Below are positions 37,174-48,748 of a stretch of 64,000 nucleotides of DNA, piece by piece; position 1 is the first letter of the stretch; every line of letters begins with the position of its first letter. The stretch comes from Actinomycetota bacterium (GTDB taxonomy: Bacteria; Actinomycetota; Geothermincolia; Fen-727; Anoxymicrobiaceae). The stretch is taken from positions 70,900 through 134,899 of the forward strand of contig JAHJCO010000056.1 of assembly GCA_018831265.1 (NCBI GenBank), written 5' to 3'. The position numbers and the translations under genes are program-made. The notes below the pieces were generated by a model. It did not search any database, was not told the DNA's origin, and saw only the letters and a list, made by a program, of their open reading frames with translations.

Positions 37174-38304
37174 TTATTTCTTTCCGGTGCTCTTCTTCTT
37201 CGCCGGGTAGCTCTTCTGCTGTGCCTTCTGTCCCGGCTGCCCGCCCCTCGGCTTCGGCTCGCCAACCTTCGCTGCCTGCTTCTGGCCGGGCTTAGGCTTC
37301 GATGGAACGGTCGGCTTCTTCTGTGCAGGCTGCTGACCCTTCTCCTGCACGGCCTTTTTCGGCGTCTCCTTTGAGGCTTCTCCCTTTAACTGGGTCTTGC
37401 CCGCTTTCGCTGCTTTCCCGGCAGACGAATCCACCTTCTTCTTGAGCGGCTTCGCCGGCGGCTTCTTCAGTCTGACAGCGATCAGGACCCTCGACCCAAG
37501 GTCCAGGGACCTGTCCCAAAGGCGCTGATGCCAGTTGGTCGGCCATCCGTCCTTATGCCTCTGCGCCCGCAGCTCGTCATAGAATCCCTCGATCTCGAGC
37601 TGGATATACTGCTGCACTATCATCAGGATGTTCATGGTTATTATGTAGATCGTGACCCCGACCGGCAGTATCCAGGCAAAGACGCCCATCAGGACGGGCA
37701 TCAGTGCCATCATCTTCGCCTGCTTTGGGTCGGTGGTCATCATCTTCGCGGATACGTAGCCGGTCACCACCGTCAACAGAATCAGGACGATGAGCTGCGC
37801 ATAATCGTGGTCCTTTGTCCATAGCGCGCTGCCGACGTGGGTGATGTCCATTCCGAGGAACATCAGCCCTTCCTTGTATGCCGCCGCACTTACACCCGCG
37901 GTGATGATCTTGTAGATGTGGGACTTCTTGTTCGACAGGTTTCGCAGGACCTCGAAGAGGGCGAACATGATAGGCAGCTGGAGCAGTAGAGGCAGGCAAC
38001 CCCCCAGTGGGCTTACCTTGTTCTCCTTGTAGAGGGCCATCATCTCCTGGCCCATCTTCTCGCGATCGTCCTTGTACTTCTTCTGGATCTCCTTGAGCTG
38101 CGGCTGGAGCCGCTGCATCGCGATCATCGACTTGGTCTGCTTGATTGTCAGCGGCAGCAGTACTATACGCATGACAACGGTCAGCAGTATTATCGCGAGT
38201 CCATAGTTACCTCCGCAAATGGTCGCCAGCCACTTGAGGAAGTAAGCGATGCCGGTCGTGAGGCCCTCCATCAGGGGCGAGATTACTGGAATCGCTGCAT
38301 GCAT
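37174..38304 (-). CDS. yidC: Membrane protein insertase YidC with a long Lys/Gln/Pro-rich C-terminal tail
   Basis: YGLAIILLTVVMRIVLLPL, QPQLKEIQKKYK, GGCLPLLLQLPI. Confidence 0.95.
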   Translation of the reverse strand: MHAAIPVISPLMEGLTTGIAYFLKWLATICGGNYGLAIILLTVVMRIVLLPLTIKQTKSMIAMQRLQPQLKEIQKKYKDDREKMGQEMMALYKENKVSPLGGCLPLLLQLPIMFALFEVLRNLSNKKSHIYKIITAGVSAAAYKEGLMFLGMDITHVGSALWTKDHDYAQLIVLILLTVVTGYVSAKMMTTDPKQAKMMALMPVLMGVFAWILPVGVTIYIITMNILMIVQQYIQLEIEGFYDELRAQRHKDGWPTNWHQRLWDRSLDLGSRVLIAVRLKKPPAKPLKKKVDSSAGKAAKAGKTQLKGEASKETPKKAVQEKGQQPAQKKPTVPSKPKPGQKQAAKVGEPKPRGGQPGQKAQQKSYPAKKKSTGKK

Positions 38305-38326
38305 CGATCAAACACCGTGCCTTAGA

Positions 38327-38560
38327 CTATGGCGGATCGTAGCCGCCTGTAGCGAATGGATTGCATCTCAATATCCTGTAAATCCCCTTCATCGACCCCT
38401 TGAGCACGCCGTACTTCATAACCGCCTGAACGAAGTACTCCGAGCACGAAGGGTAGTATATGCATCTTGGCCTCAACCAGGGGGATACCAGCTTCCTGTA
38501 GAGAAACACAGGGAAGAGCGCTATCCGCCTCCAGGCGATCGACGCCTCTTCTCTTCGCAC
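38327..38560 (-). CDS. yidD: Membrane protein insertion efficiency factor YidD
   Basis: CIYYPSCSEY, RILRCNPFATGGYDP. Confidence 0.93.
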   Translation of the reverse strand: MRREEASIAWRRIALFPVFLYRKLVSPWLRPRCIYYPSCSEYFVQAVMKYGVLKGSMKGIYRILRCNPFATGGYDPP

Positions 38561-38919
38561 ATCTCAGCCCTCGAGAGAATCCCCCTGAGGTCAATTACCA
38601 ATTTTTGGTAATCTACGTCCTCGCAACCGGGCCGGCACTCCAGGAGGTAGTCCCACCCTCCCTGGAGCATCTCGCGGAGCTCCAGCAGAGCCCCCCTGGC
38701 CCTTCTCCTGGCACGATTCCTGCATACCGCCCCGGCAAACCCTCTGCCGTTTACAACGGCCACACGGGTAACACCCTCCTCCGTGGGCCCGGCATGGCCT
38801 ATCCGGACAAAGAAGAAGCTCCCGCGTAAGGGTTTCCCGCTTTTTCTCAGGTTCCGGATCTGTCGGCCCGCGTGCAGCCAGCTGACGCTGGTGGCTTTGC
38901 CAGGTGATTCGCTCTTCAA
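38521..38919 (-). CDS. rnpA: Ribonuclease P protein component
   Basis: [13 protein letters not shown] motif; between rpmH and yidD; TTG start overlaps the rpmH stop. Confidence 0.85.
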   Translation of the reverse strand: MKSESPGKATSVSWLHAGRQIRNLRKSGKPLRGSFFFVRIGHAGPTEEGVTRVAVVNGRGFAGAVCRNRARRRARGALLELREMLQGGWDYLLECRPGCEDVDYQKLVIDLRGILSRAEMCEEKRRRSPGGG

Positions 38920-39050
38920 ACGGTCAGCCTGACCCGGCCTTTTTCCCTTCTTCGCTTCAGGATACGCCGGCCCGCCTTCGTGCTCATGCGCTTTCGAAAG
39001 CCATGCTCGCGCTTTCGTTTTCTTACCTTAGGCTGGTAGGTCCGCTTCAT
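38916..39050 (-). CDS. rpmH: 50S ribosomal protein L34 (not in the ORF track, 44 aa)
   Basis: Translated by hand: [44 protein letters not shown]. Confidence 0.97.
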   Translation of the reverse strand: MKRTYQPKVRKRKREHGFRKRMSTKAGRRILKRRREKGRVRLTV

Positions 39051-39084
39051 GGGATTCCCCTGTAGATCGGCACATTGAACGCTA

Positions 39085-39112
39085 ATTATAAAGGAGAAGG
39101 GTACGATGTCAA
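39085..39112 (-). promoter_or_regulatory. Consensus sigma70 promoter for the rpmH operon
   Basis: Minus strand TTGACA-16 bp-TATAAT. Confidence 0.8.
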
Positions 39113-39253
39113 AGGAGCCGGAGCGGTCCCGGGCGTCGTTCGCGCCCTTTTATTTTTTTCTCACCGGAAAGATATTGCGCCGGGCCGAGCCCCTTGCTAT
39201 AATCTGCGAGCGCTTCCCGGGTAGATGCCCGGGATTTCTCATGTAAGGGCGGG

Positions 39254-39391
39254 TTTTCCACAAATGTGGAAACCCTTGTTGACAAACTGTGTTTTATTGT
39301 TGAAAACCCGGTTACTATAGGTATCCACGGGGAGCTGTGGTCACAGGCACGGGCGCAGGAGGGCCCACTTTATCCACAGCCCTGTGGATAA
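39254..39391. promoter_or_regulatory. DnaA boxes upstream of dnaA (left part of a bipartite origin / autoregulation)
   Basis: TTTTCCACA 39254, TGTGGAAAC 39265, perfect inverted pair TTATCCACA 39370 and TGTGGATAA 39383. Confidence 0.85.
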
Positions 39392-39487
39392 TATGTTGAA
39401 TTCGGGGAAGACCGGGTTCACCGTATGCGGGGAAGATCCGGGCCGGCGTTGCGGCCTGTGCCAGAGCGCGGCCGAGGAGGGGCTCCC

Positions 39488-40849
39488 TTGGACACCGAGA
39501 CAGTCTGGAGGACCAGCCTGGAGAAGGTGCGTCCCGAGATACCCGAGTACATGTTCGCTTCGATGATCGTACCCCTTCAGATGCTCTCTCTGGATAACGG
39601 GACCTGCACGGTGGGGGCTCCCAACTCTTTCACCAAGGACATCGTCGCGTCGCGTTACGCCGCCCTCCTTTCCGAGGCGGTCTCCGACGTGCTGGGGCGC
39701 GCCGCGACGGTAGTGGTCACGGTGGTGGAATCCGCCGACGCTCCCGGGGCCGATTATGCGAGCGCGGACTCACCGCGCAGGGACACCGGCGACGGGCCCG
39801 GGCTCATCGACCCCGGGAACTCGGGCGCGCAGAAGAGATATACATTCGAGAACTTCGTGGTCGGGGACTCCAACAAGTTCGCCTACCACGCCGCCCTCAT
39901 GGTGGGCGAGTTCCCGGGGCAGAAGTTCAACCCCCTCTTCATCTACGGTGGGACCGGCCTGGGCAAGACCCACCTTCTCCTGGCCATCAAGGACTACGCC
40001 GAGAAGACCCCCAACATCAAGGTCAAGTACGTCCAGACCTCGTCTTTCATCGACGAGTTCATCGCCACTCTCACCCAGAAGCGCGACAAGGCTTCCTTCG
40101 ACCAGAAGTACATAAACAACAAGATCGTCCTCTTTGACGACGTTCAGGCCCTGAGCAGCACCGACGCCACGCAGGACAAGTTCTTCGACCTCTTCAACCT
40201 GCTCTACGCCTCAAACAGCCATATCGTGCTCTCCAGCGACCGTCCTCCAAGCGAGATACCCAGGCTCTCCGACCGCATTCGCTCGCGGTTCGAGGGCGGC
40301 CTCAGGGTCGACATCATGCCTCCCGACCTGGAGACGCGTCTCGCGATCCTCAAGATGAAAGCGCACGCCGACGGGGTCGAGGTCCCGGACGACGCCCTGA
40401 GGTTCATCGCCTCCAAGGTAAAGGACAACATCCGCTCCCTGGAGGGCCTCCTGAACCGGGTCGTGGCCAGCGCGGTGCTCTACAGGACCCGCATCGACCT
40501 CGAGATGGTACAGGACGTGCTCAAGGACCAGGTTGCGGAGACAGCCCTGTCCAGGGTCCCGCCGGTGGAGCTCATCCAGAACACCGTCAGCGATTACTAC
40601 AAGATCCTGAACGCAGAACTGGTCGGCAAGAGCCGCTCCCGACCACTGGTGCACGCGCGGCAGGTGGCCATGTACCTGTGCCGTGAGATGACCGACGCTA
40701 CCCTGATATCGATCGGCGGGCGGTTCGGCGGCCGGGACCATACCACCGTCCTTCACTCCTGCAGGAAGGTCGAGGGCCTCATCAAGACCAAGAGGGACAC
40801 CTTCGAAGAGGTCACCGAGCTCACGAACATGATAAACAGGTCCCTGTAG
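39488..40849 (+). CDS. dnaA: Chromosomal replication initiator DnaA
   Basis: YTFENFVVGDSN, NPLFIYGGTGLGKTH, LFDDVQ, RIRSRFEGGL, FGGRDHTTVLHS; TTG start 39488 after RBS GAGGAGG. Confidence 0.98.
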   Translation: MDTETVWRTSLEKVRPEIPEYMFASMIVPLQMLSLDNGTCTVGAPNSFTKDIVASRYAALLSEAVSDVLGRAATVVVTVVESADAPGADYASADSPRRDTGDGPGLIDPGNSGAQKRYTFENFVVGDSNKFAYHAALMVGEFPGQKFNPLFIYGGTGLGKTHLLLAIKDYAEKTPNIKVKYVQTSSFIDEFIATLTQKRDKASFDQKYINNKIVLFDDVQALSSTDATQDKFFDLFNLLYASNSHIVLSSDRPPSEIPRLSDRIRSRFEGGLRVDIMPPDLETRLAILKMKAHADGVEVPDDALRFIASKVKDNIRSLEGLLNRVVASAVLYRTRIDLEMVQDVLKDQVAETALSRVPPVELIQNTVSDYYKILNAELVGKSRSRPLVHARQVAMYLCREMTDATLISIGGRFGGRDHTTVLHSCRKVEGLIKTKRDTFEEVTELTNMINRSL

Positions 40850-41260
40850 AATTATCCCCAACCCTGTGGAAAACCGTGTCCCCAACCCCTTGATAACGTA
40901 TTTTCGGCGCCACTTTGTCCACCCGCGTCCACAACCCCGCCGGGCCTTCCTCCCTCTTCAACGTTACCGTTGTGCATATCATGCCGGTTTCTCCACACTC
41001 CGAATCCTCCTCTTGTGCGCTTTTTCAGGCTTCAACAAGGCAAAAAGCCTGTTTCTCAACATCTACACAGCCACTACTACTACTACTAGATGTATTTATT
41101 AAAGAAGATAGTAGGGGCCCGGTGTGTGTGCAGGAGGATGCCTCGGCACACGGTCAACGACAAAAGCTGTAAAAGAGTGGTCGCAGGCGTTAAAAACGTC
41201 TCACATTTGTGATATAACCTTCCCGTTACGGATGGCAGCGAATTCCTAAGGGGTGGGCTA
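40850..41260. other. oriC unwinding region between dnaA and dnaN
   Basis: DnaA-box-like TTATCCCCA 40852, TGTGGAAAA 40865, TTCTCCACA 40989, TTCTCAACA 41053, followed by CACAGCC + (CTA)5 DnaA-trios at 41074-41088 and an AT-rich stretch. Confidence 0.88.
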
Positions 41261-42355
41261 ATGATCGTTTCCTGCGACAGAGAAAAACTCAACAGCCTGG
41301 TTCAGACGGCCTTGAGGGGCGTATCCAGCAGGGTCACGATGCCCATCCTTTCCGGCCTGCTCATCAATGCGGAGAGTGGAGAGCTGGTCGCAAGCAGCAC
41401 GGATCTGGAGATGAGCATCCGTACCCGGGTGGAAGCGAGTGTGAAAGAGAGCGGCTCGACAGTGGTGTCGGGGAAGCTGCTGGGAGACATAATGAAGAGC
41501 CTTCCCCCGGGCGAGGTTACGGTGGAGAGTGGTGAGAAGTACCTGGTGGTCCGGTCTACGGGCGGGGAGTACCGCATCAAGGAGTTGATGCCGGAGGACT
41601 TCCCTCAGATACCGGTCTGGTCGGGGGACGCATCGTTCAAGGTACAGGGTGGTTCCTTCATCTCGGCGATTCACCAGACCTCGAGGGCGTCATCCAGTGA
41701 CGAGAAGAGACCGGTGCTGACCGGGAGCCTCATCGAGAAGAACCTCGAGTCCTCGGGCGTGAGGATGGTGGCAACAGACAGCTACAGGCTTGCATGGAAG
41801 GACGTGGAGGTATCCGGATCGGTCGCGGAGTGGGAGGACTGTATCATTCCGACCAAGACGCTCAACGAGGTGGCCAGGCTGGCGGGAGGGAGCGACGCCG
41901 ATGTCGAGACCAAGATGCAGGACAAGCAGGCGATGTTCCGCATCGGCACGATGGTGGTAACCAGCAGGCTGATTGAGGGGCAGTTCCCCAACTACAAGCA
42001 GCTGATACCGAAGGGTGAGAAGACCACCGTGGTGCTGGCGAAGGAGGACCTCGTAGCTGTGGTGCGCCGGGCGATGATATTCGGCCACAACATAAGGTTC
42101 GGGGTGTACTCCGACCACCTAAGGCTGACCACCGAGACCCCCGAGGTGGGGGACTCCAAGGAGGAGATAGCAGCGGAGGTGTCCGGTGAGGAGATGGAGA
42201 TCGGGTTCAACGCGGGGTACCTCCTCGACGGGGTGCTGGCGGTGGACACCGAGAAGATAGAGATGCGCTTCGACGATCCACAGAAGCCGGCGTTGATAAA
42301 GGACTTCGAGAGCGAGGAGTTCAAATACATCATCATGCCGGTAAGGCTGCGCTAG
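41261..42355 (+). CDS. dnaN: DNA polymerase III beta sliding clamp
   Basis: STDLEMSI, ATDSYRL, SRLIEGQFPNY, IGFNAGYLLD, YIIMPVR. Confidence 0.97.
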   Translation: MIVSCDREKLNSLVQTALRGVSSRVTMPILSGLLINAESGELVASSTDLEMSIRTRVEASVKESGSTVVSGKLLGDIMKSLPPGEVTVESGEKYLVVRSTGGEYRIKELMPEDFPQIPVWSGDASFKVQGGSFISAIHQTSRASSSDEKRPVLTGSLIEKNLESSGVRMVATDSYRLAWKDVEVSGSVAEWEDCIIPTKTLNEVARLAGGSDADVETKMQDKQAMFRIGTMVVTSRLIEGQFPNYKQLIPKGEKTTVVLAKEDLVAVVRRAMIFGHNIRFGVYSDHLRLTTETPEVGDSKEEIAAEVSGEEMEIGFNAGYLLDGVLAVDTEKIEMRFDDPQKPALIKDFESEEFKYIIMPVRLR

Positions 42356-42374
42356 AGTCCGGCGACCCGTCCAC

Positions 42375-43478
42375 TTGATCGTTGAGAGAGTACGGCTGGA
42401 CAACTTCAGGAACTACTCCCACGCGGACGTGGAGTTCGCGCCGGGCAACAACCTGCTGACCGGCACCAACGCCCAGGGAAAGAGCAACCTGCTGGAGGCC
42501 GTGTACCTGCTCGCCCACCTCAAATCACACAGGGCCGGGCGGATGAGGGACCTGGTGAAGAACGGGGAGAAGGAATCAGCGGTTTCGGGGAGGTTCCTGG
42601 ACTCAGGTCGTTCGTTCACCCTGAAGCTCGCCTTCGGTCCCACCGGCAGGAAGGTGGAACTCAACGGGCAGCCCCAGGGTAGCGGAGGCAGGAGCAGAGG
42701 CCTGGTCCAGTGCGTGATGTTCTCGCCGGACGACCCGCTGCTGGTCAAGGGAGAGCCGTCACTGCGCCGTGACTTCCTGGATGAGACGTGCGAAGCCCTG
42801 GGGCCGGTGGAAGCGGGGTTGCCGGCCGACTACGCGCGGGTACTCCGCCAGAGGAACGCGCTGCTGAAGGGGTGGGAGGGAGGCGCACGGTTCGAAGAGG
42901 CGATGGGGCCCTGGGACGAGGCACTGGTGAGAGCAGCGGTACCCCTTGTGCGGATGAGGTTTGAGATAGCGGGTGAGACAGCCGTGATGGCCGCGGATGC
43001 ATACACGGGGATAGCCGGAGGGGAAAAGAGGTTGGAGCTCTCCTACAGGAGCACTTTCGGAGGACCCGGGGAGGACGTGCGGGAAATGGAGCTCTCGATG
43101 CGACAGCGGATCGAGGAGAGGAGAGAGGAAGAGAAGCGGGCGAAGACAACACTGGTAGGGCCGCACCGGGACGACGTTGAAATAAGACTCGGCGGGTCCG
43201 ACGCGCGGCTGACGGCGTCTCAGGGAGAGCAGCGCAGCATAGCGTTCTGCATGCGCATAGCCCAGAGGGAGTACCTCTCCTCTGAGACGGACAGGGAGCC
43301 GATCCTGCTGCTCGATGACGTGTTCTCGGAGCTCGACGAGATGCGCAGGAAGAGGGTGCTGGACCTGGTGGCGCGCGGGAGCCAGGCGATAATAACAACC
43401 ACCGAGGACCTCCGGGGTCTGCTCGGAGGAGAGGAAAGGATAATAGAGGTGAGTGAAGGGACGGCGAAGGTTGTCTGA
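42375..43478 (+). CDS. recF: DNA replication/repair protein RecF
   Basis: NFRNY, GTNAQGKSNLLEA, GPHRDD, SQGEQR, LLLDDVFSELD. Confidence 0.96.
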   Translation: MIVERVRLDNFRNYSHADVEFAPGNNLLTGTNAQGKSNLLEAVYLLAHLKSHRAGRMRDLVKNGEKESAVSGRFLDSGRSFTLKLAFGPTGRKVELNGQPQGSGGRSRGLVQCVMFSPDDPLLVKGEPSLRRDFLDETCEALGPVEAGLPADYARVLRQRNALLKGWEGGARFEEAMGPWDEALVRAAVPLVRMRFEIAGETAVMAADAYTGIAGGEKRLELSYRSTFGGPGEDVREMELSMRQRIEERREEEKRAKTTLVGPHRDDVEIRLGGSDARLTASQGEQRSIAFCMRIAQREYLSSETDREPILLLDDVFSELDEMRRKRVLDLVARGSQAIITTTEDLRGLLGGEERIIEVSEGTAKVV

Positions 43479-43929
43479 TCCGGAGAGGTTGGGGACGTTG
43501 CTGGGACGCAGGCGGGTAGCGCGCCCCGGGAAGAGGCAGGAGCGCCTCGAACTGCTGTCCGTCAGGTGGGAGAGGATAGCGGGCGAGCGGCTGGCGGAGC
43601 ACAGCAGGCCTTCGTCCCTCGACAGGGGTACGCTGACCGTCTCGGCCGAGGGGACGGCATGGGCCAGTGAAGCAGGCGCCGTCGCGGGGAGTATGCTCAA
43701 TCGGATTGAGGCCGAGCTGGGACGCGGGGTGGTGAAGAGGATAAAGGTAAGGGCCAGGGCGCCCGAGAAGGAACCCGGGATGACGCGGATGACGCACGCG
43801 CCCCGCGAAGAGGACCAGGGGCCGCCGCCCGAGGAGCTCGGGAGCATAAAGGACGAGAAGCTGCGCGAAGCGGTCCACAGAATGCTGAAAGCCAGCAAGT
43901 CAATCGAGCAGAACGAGCAGAACGACTGA
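43453..43929 (+). CDS. dciA: DUF721 / DciA family helicase-loader-type protein
   Basis: W..IAGERLAEHSRP..L.RGTLTVSAEGTAWASE pattern; recF-DUF721-gyrB order. Confidence 0.75.
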   Translation: MKGRRRLSDPERLGTLLGRRRVARPGKRQERLELLSVRWERIAGERLAEHSRPSSLDRGTLTVSAEGTAWASEAGAVAGSMLNRIEAELGRGVVKRIKVRARAPEKEPGMTRMTHAPREEDQGPPPEELGSIKDEKLREAVHRMLKASKSIEQNEQND

Positions 43930-44024
43930 TCACGGGTATTTTCCCCTGTTTACAGCCAAAATCAAGTGCGACAAATGGTATAATAGAAAGGTGGAAGAAG
44001 CCCCGCTCTTCGAGTCGCCCATAG

Positions 44025-45998
<1,974 letters not shown>

Positions 45999-46036
45999 GG
46001 CCGATCGGGAGAGGTGACTGTGGAGGAACTCATCAG

Positions 46037-48541
46037 ATGGTAGACCTTGTAGGCGGACGGGTGGAGCCGGTAGAGCTCGAGGAGGAGATGCAGCGGTCCT
46101 TCCTGGAGTACGCGCTCAGTGTGATCGTCAGCCGCGCCCTGCCCGACGTGAGGGACGGGTTGAAGCCGGTCCACCGCAGGATTCTACACAGCATGAACGA
46201 GTCGGGGCTCACTCCCGCCAACCCGCATCGCAAGTGCGCCCGTATCGTGGGCGACGTGATGGGGCGCTACCATCCCCACGGGGACGCGGCGATCTACGAG
46301 ACCCTGGTCCGCATGGCACAGGACTTTTCCTACCGCTACGAGCTGGTCGACGGGCACGGCAACTTCGGGTCGGTGGACGGCGACAACGCGGCGGCAATGA
46401 GGTACACCGAGGCCCGAATGGCCCCGGTCGCCCTCGAGTTGCTGGAGGACATCCGCAAGGAGACCGTCGACTTCACCGACAACTACGACGGCTCCATGCA
46501 GGAGCCGACGGTCCTTCCCGGGAAGTTTCCCAACCTGCTGGTCAACGGGTCGTCCGGCATAGCGGTGGGGATGGCCACCAACATACCCCCGCATAACCTG
46601 GGTGAGGTCATCGACGCCACCTGCGCGGTCATAGACGATCCGGATATCGGGCTGGAGGGGCTCCTTGCCCACATCCACGGCCCGGACTTCCCCACCGGCG
46701 GGCTGATAATGGGCCGGGAGGGGATCCTTCAGGCCTACGAGACCGGCAGAGGGATCATCCAGGTCAGGGCCCGGGCGCACGCGGAGCAGGTGAAGGGCGC
46801 GAGGCAGCGCATCGTGGTGACCGAGCTGCCCTACCAGGTCAACAAGTCGAGGCTCGCCGAGAAGATAGCCGAGCTCGTAAAGGCCAAGACGCTGACCGGG
46901 ATATCGGACCTCCGCGACGAGTCGGACCGCAGTGGGATGCGCCTGGTCATCGAGCTCAAGAAGGAGACCGACGCGGAGGTGGTGCTCAACCAGCTCTACA
47001 AGCACACCCAGATGCAGATCTCGTTCGGCATCATCCTGCTGGCACTGGTGGACGGAATCCCGCGCACCATGCCGATCAGGGAGTTCATGCGCAAGCATAT
47101 CGAGCACCGCCAGGAAGTTGTGACGCGCAGGACCAGCTTCGACCTGCGAAAGGCGGAGGAGAGGGCGCACATCCTGGAGGGCCTGCTGGTGGCCCTGGAC
47201 AACCTCGACGAGACCATCGCCCTGATAAGGGGCTCGAAGACGGTCGACGAGGCCCGCTCCAAGCTCATGAAGCGATTCAAGCTGTCCGAGCTGCAGGCGC
47301 AGGCGATACTGGATATGAGGCTGCAGAGGCTGACCGGGCTGGAGCGGCAGAAGGTCACCGACGAGCTGAAGGAGCTCAAGCAGCGCATCAAGGAGTACAA
47401 GGCCATTCTCGCCGACCCCGCGCGCGTGCTGGCAATAATCAGGGACGAGCTGCAGGAGATCAAGGCCAGGTACGCCGACGGGCGCCGGACAGAGATTGCC
47501 GGGGCGGCCGGCGACATGTCGATCGAGGACCTCATCGCCGAGGAGGAGATGGTCATCACGGTGACCCACTCCGGCTACGCCAAGAGGGTGCCGGTGACCA
47601 CCTTCCGCAAGCAGAAGCGGGGGGGGAGGGGCGTCACGGGCATGGACCTGAAGGAGGGCGACTTCGTAGAGCACCTCTTCATCGCCACCACCCACCACTT
47701 CATCCTGTTCTTCTCCAACAAGGGCAAGGTGTACCGGCTGAAGGTGCACGAGCTGCCGACCGGAAGCCGGATCTCCAAGGGGAAGGCGATGGTCAACCTT
47801 CTTCCACTGGAACCCAAGGAGAAGATCGTCGAGGTCATAGCGACGCGGGACTTCGCGGGGGGACGCTTCCTGGTGACGGCCACCAGGAACGGCATCGTGA
47901 AGAAGACGAGCTTCGAGTCCTACGACTCGGCGCGCCGCGACGGCATAATTGCGCTCAGGCTCTTCCCCGGCGACGAGATGATCAGGGCCCGGCTGACAAA
48001 TGGGGACGATGAGCTGCTGCTGGTCAGCGCCAGGGGTCAGGCCATCCGGTTCTCCGAGAGGGACTGCCGGCCCATGGGCAGGGTCTCTGCCGGGGTCAAG
48101 GGCATAAACCTGAGCAAGGACGACTACCTGTTGACCATGGAGGTGGGAAGCGAGGGAACGGACCTCTTCGTGATAACGTCGAACGGCTTCGGCAAGCGGA
48201 CCTCGACAGGCAGCTATCCGCTGCAGCGGCGCGGTGGAAAGGGAGTGCGGACCATCAAGCTCACAGAGGTGAAGGGGTCGCTGGCCGGTGCGAGGATAGT
48301 CCTCGACAACCAGGAGCTGGTCGTGGTCTCCCAGGAGGGCATCGTCATCAGGGTCCCGGTCAACGGTATCCCCAGGACCGGCAGGGCGACGCAGGGCGTG
48401 AAGGTCATGAAGGTCCAGAACAAAGACGGCGTCAGCGCAGTGGCCCTGGTGGTGTCCGGGGACAACGGAGCCTCCACGGAGGAGGGTGAAGAGGCGGAGG
48501 GCGACGAGCCCGACGAGCCCGGGAGCCGGGAGCAGGAGTAG
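46037..48541 (+). CDS. gyrA: DNA gyrase subunit A
   Basis: [29 protein letters not shown], GyrA box QKRGGRG. Confidence 0.98.
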   Translation: MVDLVGGRVEPVELEEEMQRSFLEYALSVIVSRALPDVRDGLKPVHRRILHSMNESGLTPANPHRKCARIVGDVMGRYHPHGDAAIYETLVRMAQDFSYRYELVDGHGNFGSVDGDNAAAMRYTEARMAPVALELLEDIRKETVDFTDNYDGSMQEPTVLPGKFPNLLVNGSSGIAVGMATNIPPHNLGEVIDATCAVIDDPDIGLEGLLAHIHGPDFPTGGLIMGREGILQAYETGRGIIQVRARAHAEQVKGARQRIVVTELPYQVNKSRLAEKIAELVKAKTLTGISDLRDESDRSGMRLVIELKKETDAEVVLNQLYKHTQMQISFGIILLALVDGIPRTMPIREFMRKHIEHRQEVVTRRTSFDLRKAEERAHILEGLLVALDNLDETIALIRGSKTVDEARSKLMKRFKLSELQAQAILDMRLQRLTGLERQKVTDELKELKQRIKEYKAILADPARVLAIIRDELQEIKARYADGRRTEIAGAAGDMSIEDLIAEEEMVITVTHSGYAKRVPVTTFRKQKRGGRGVTGMDLKEGDFVEHLFIATTHHFILFFSNKGKVYRLKVHELPTGSRISKGKAMVNLLPLEPKEKIVEVIATRDFAGGRFLVTATRNGIVKKTSFESYDSARRDGIIALRLFPGDEMIRARLTNGDDELLLVSARGQAIRFSERDCRPMGRVSAGVKGINLSKDDYLLTMEVGSEGTDLFVITSNGFGKRTSTGSYPLQRRGGKGVRTIKLTEVKGSLAGARIVLDNQELVVVSQEGIVIRVPVNGIPRTGRATQGVKVMKVQNKDGVSAVALVVSGDNGASTEEGEEAEGDEPDEPGSREQE

Positions 48542-48748
48542 ACGCGGGCCTGTTCTCGGGATGACGACAGATGCGCCCTCCATCCCGATCAACATCCCAA
48601 GGGGGGTCCGCCCGACGTAAGGCGGGTCCCAAGTCCCCGGTGGTCCGCTCATACTATCAAGTGGAACTCACGGAATAACGATCTCATGCGGGCGTGACAC
48701 GACCCGGACCGGTATAGTTGTCGGTAGAGCGGAACCCCTGTAAACGGA

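Noticed and set aside
46184-48652. Long antisense or alternate-frame ORFs (e.g. 822 aa opposite gyrA, 607 aa opposite the propeller, 554 aa opposite cheB/cheY, 465 aa opposite an MCP)
   Set aside because: Shadow ORFs expected in high-GC coding DNA; no recognisable motifs and they overlap well-supported genes
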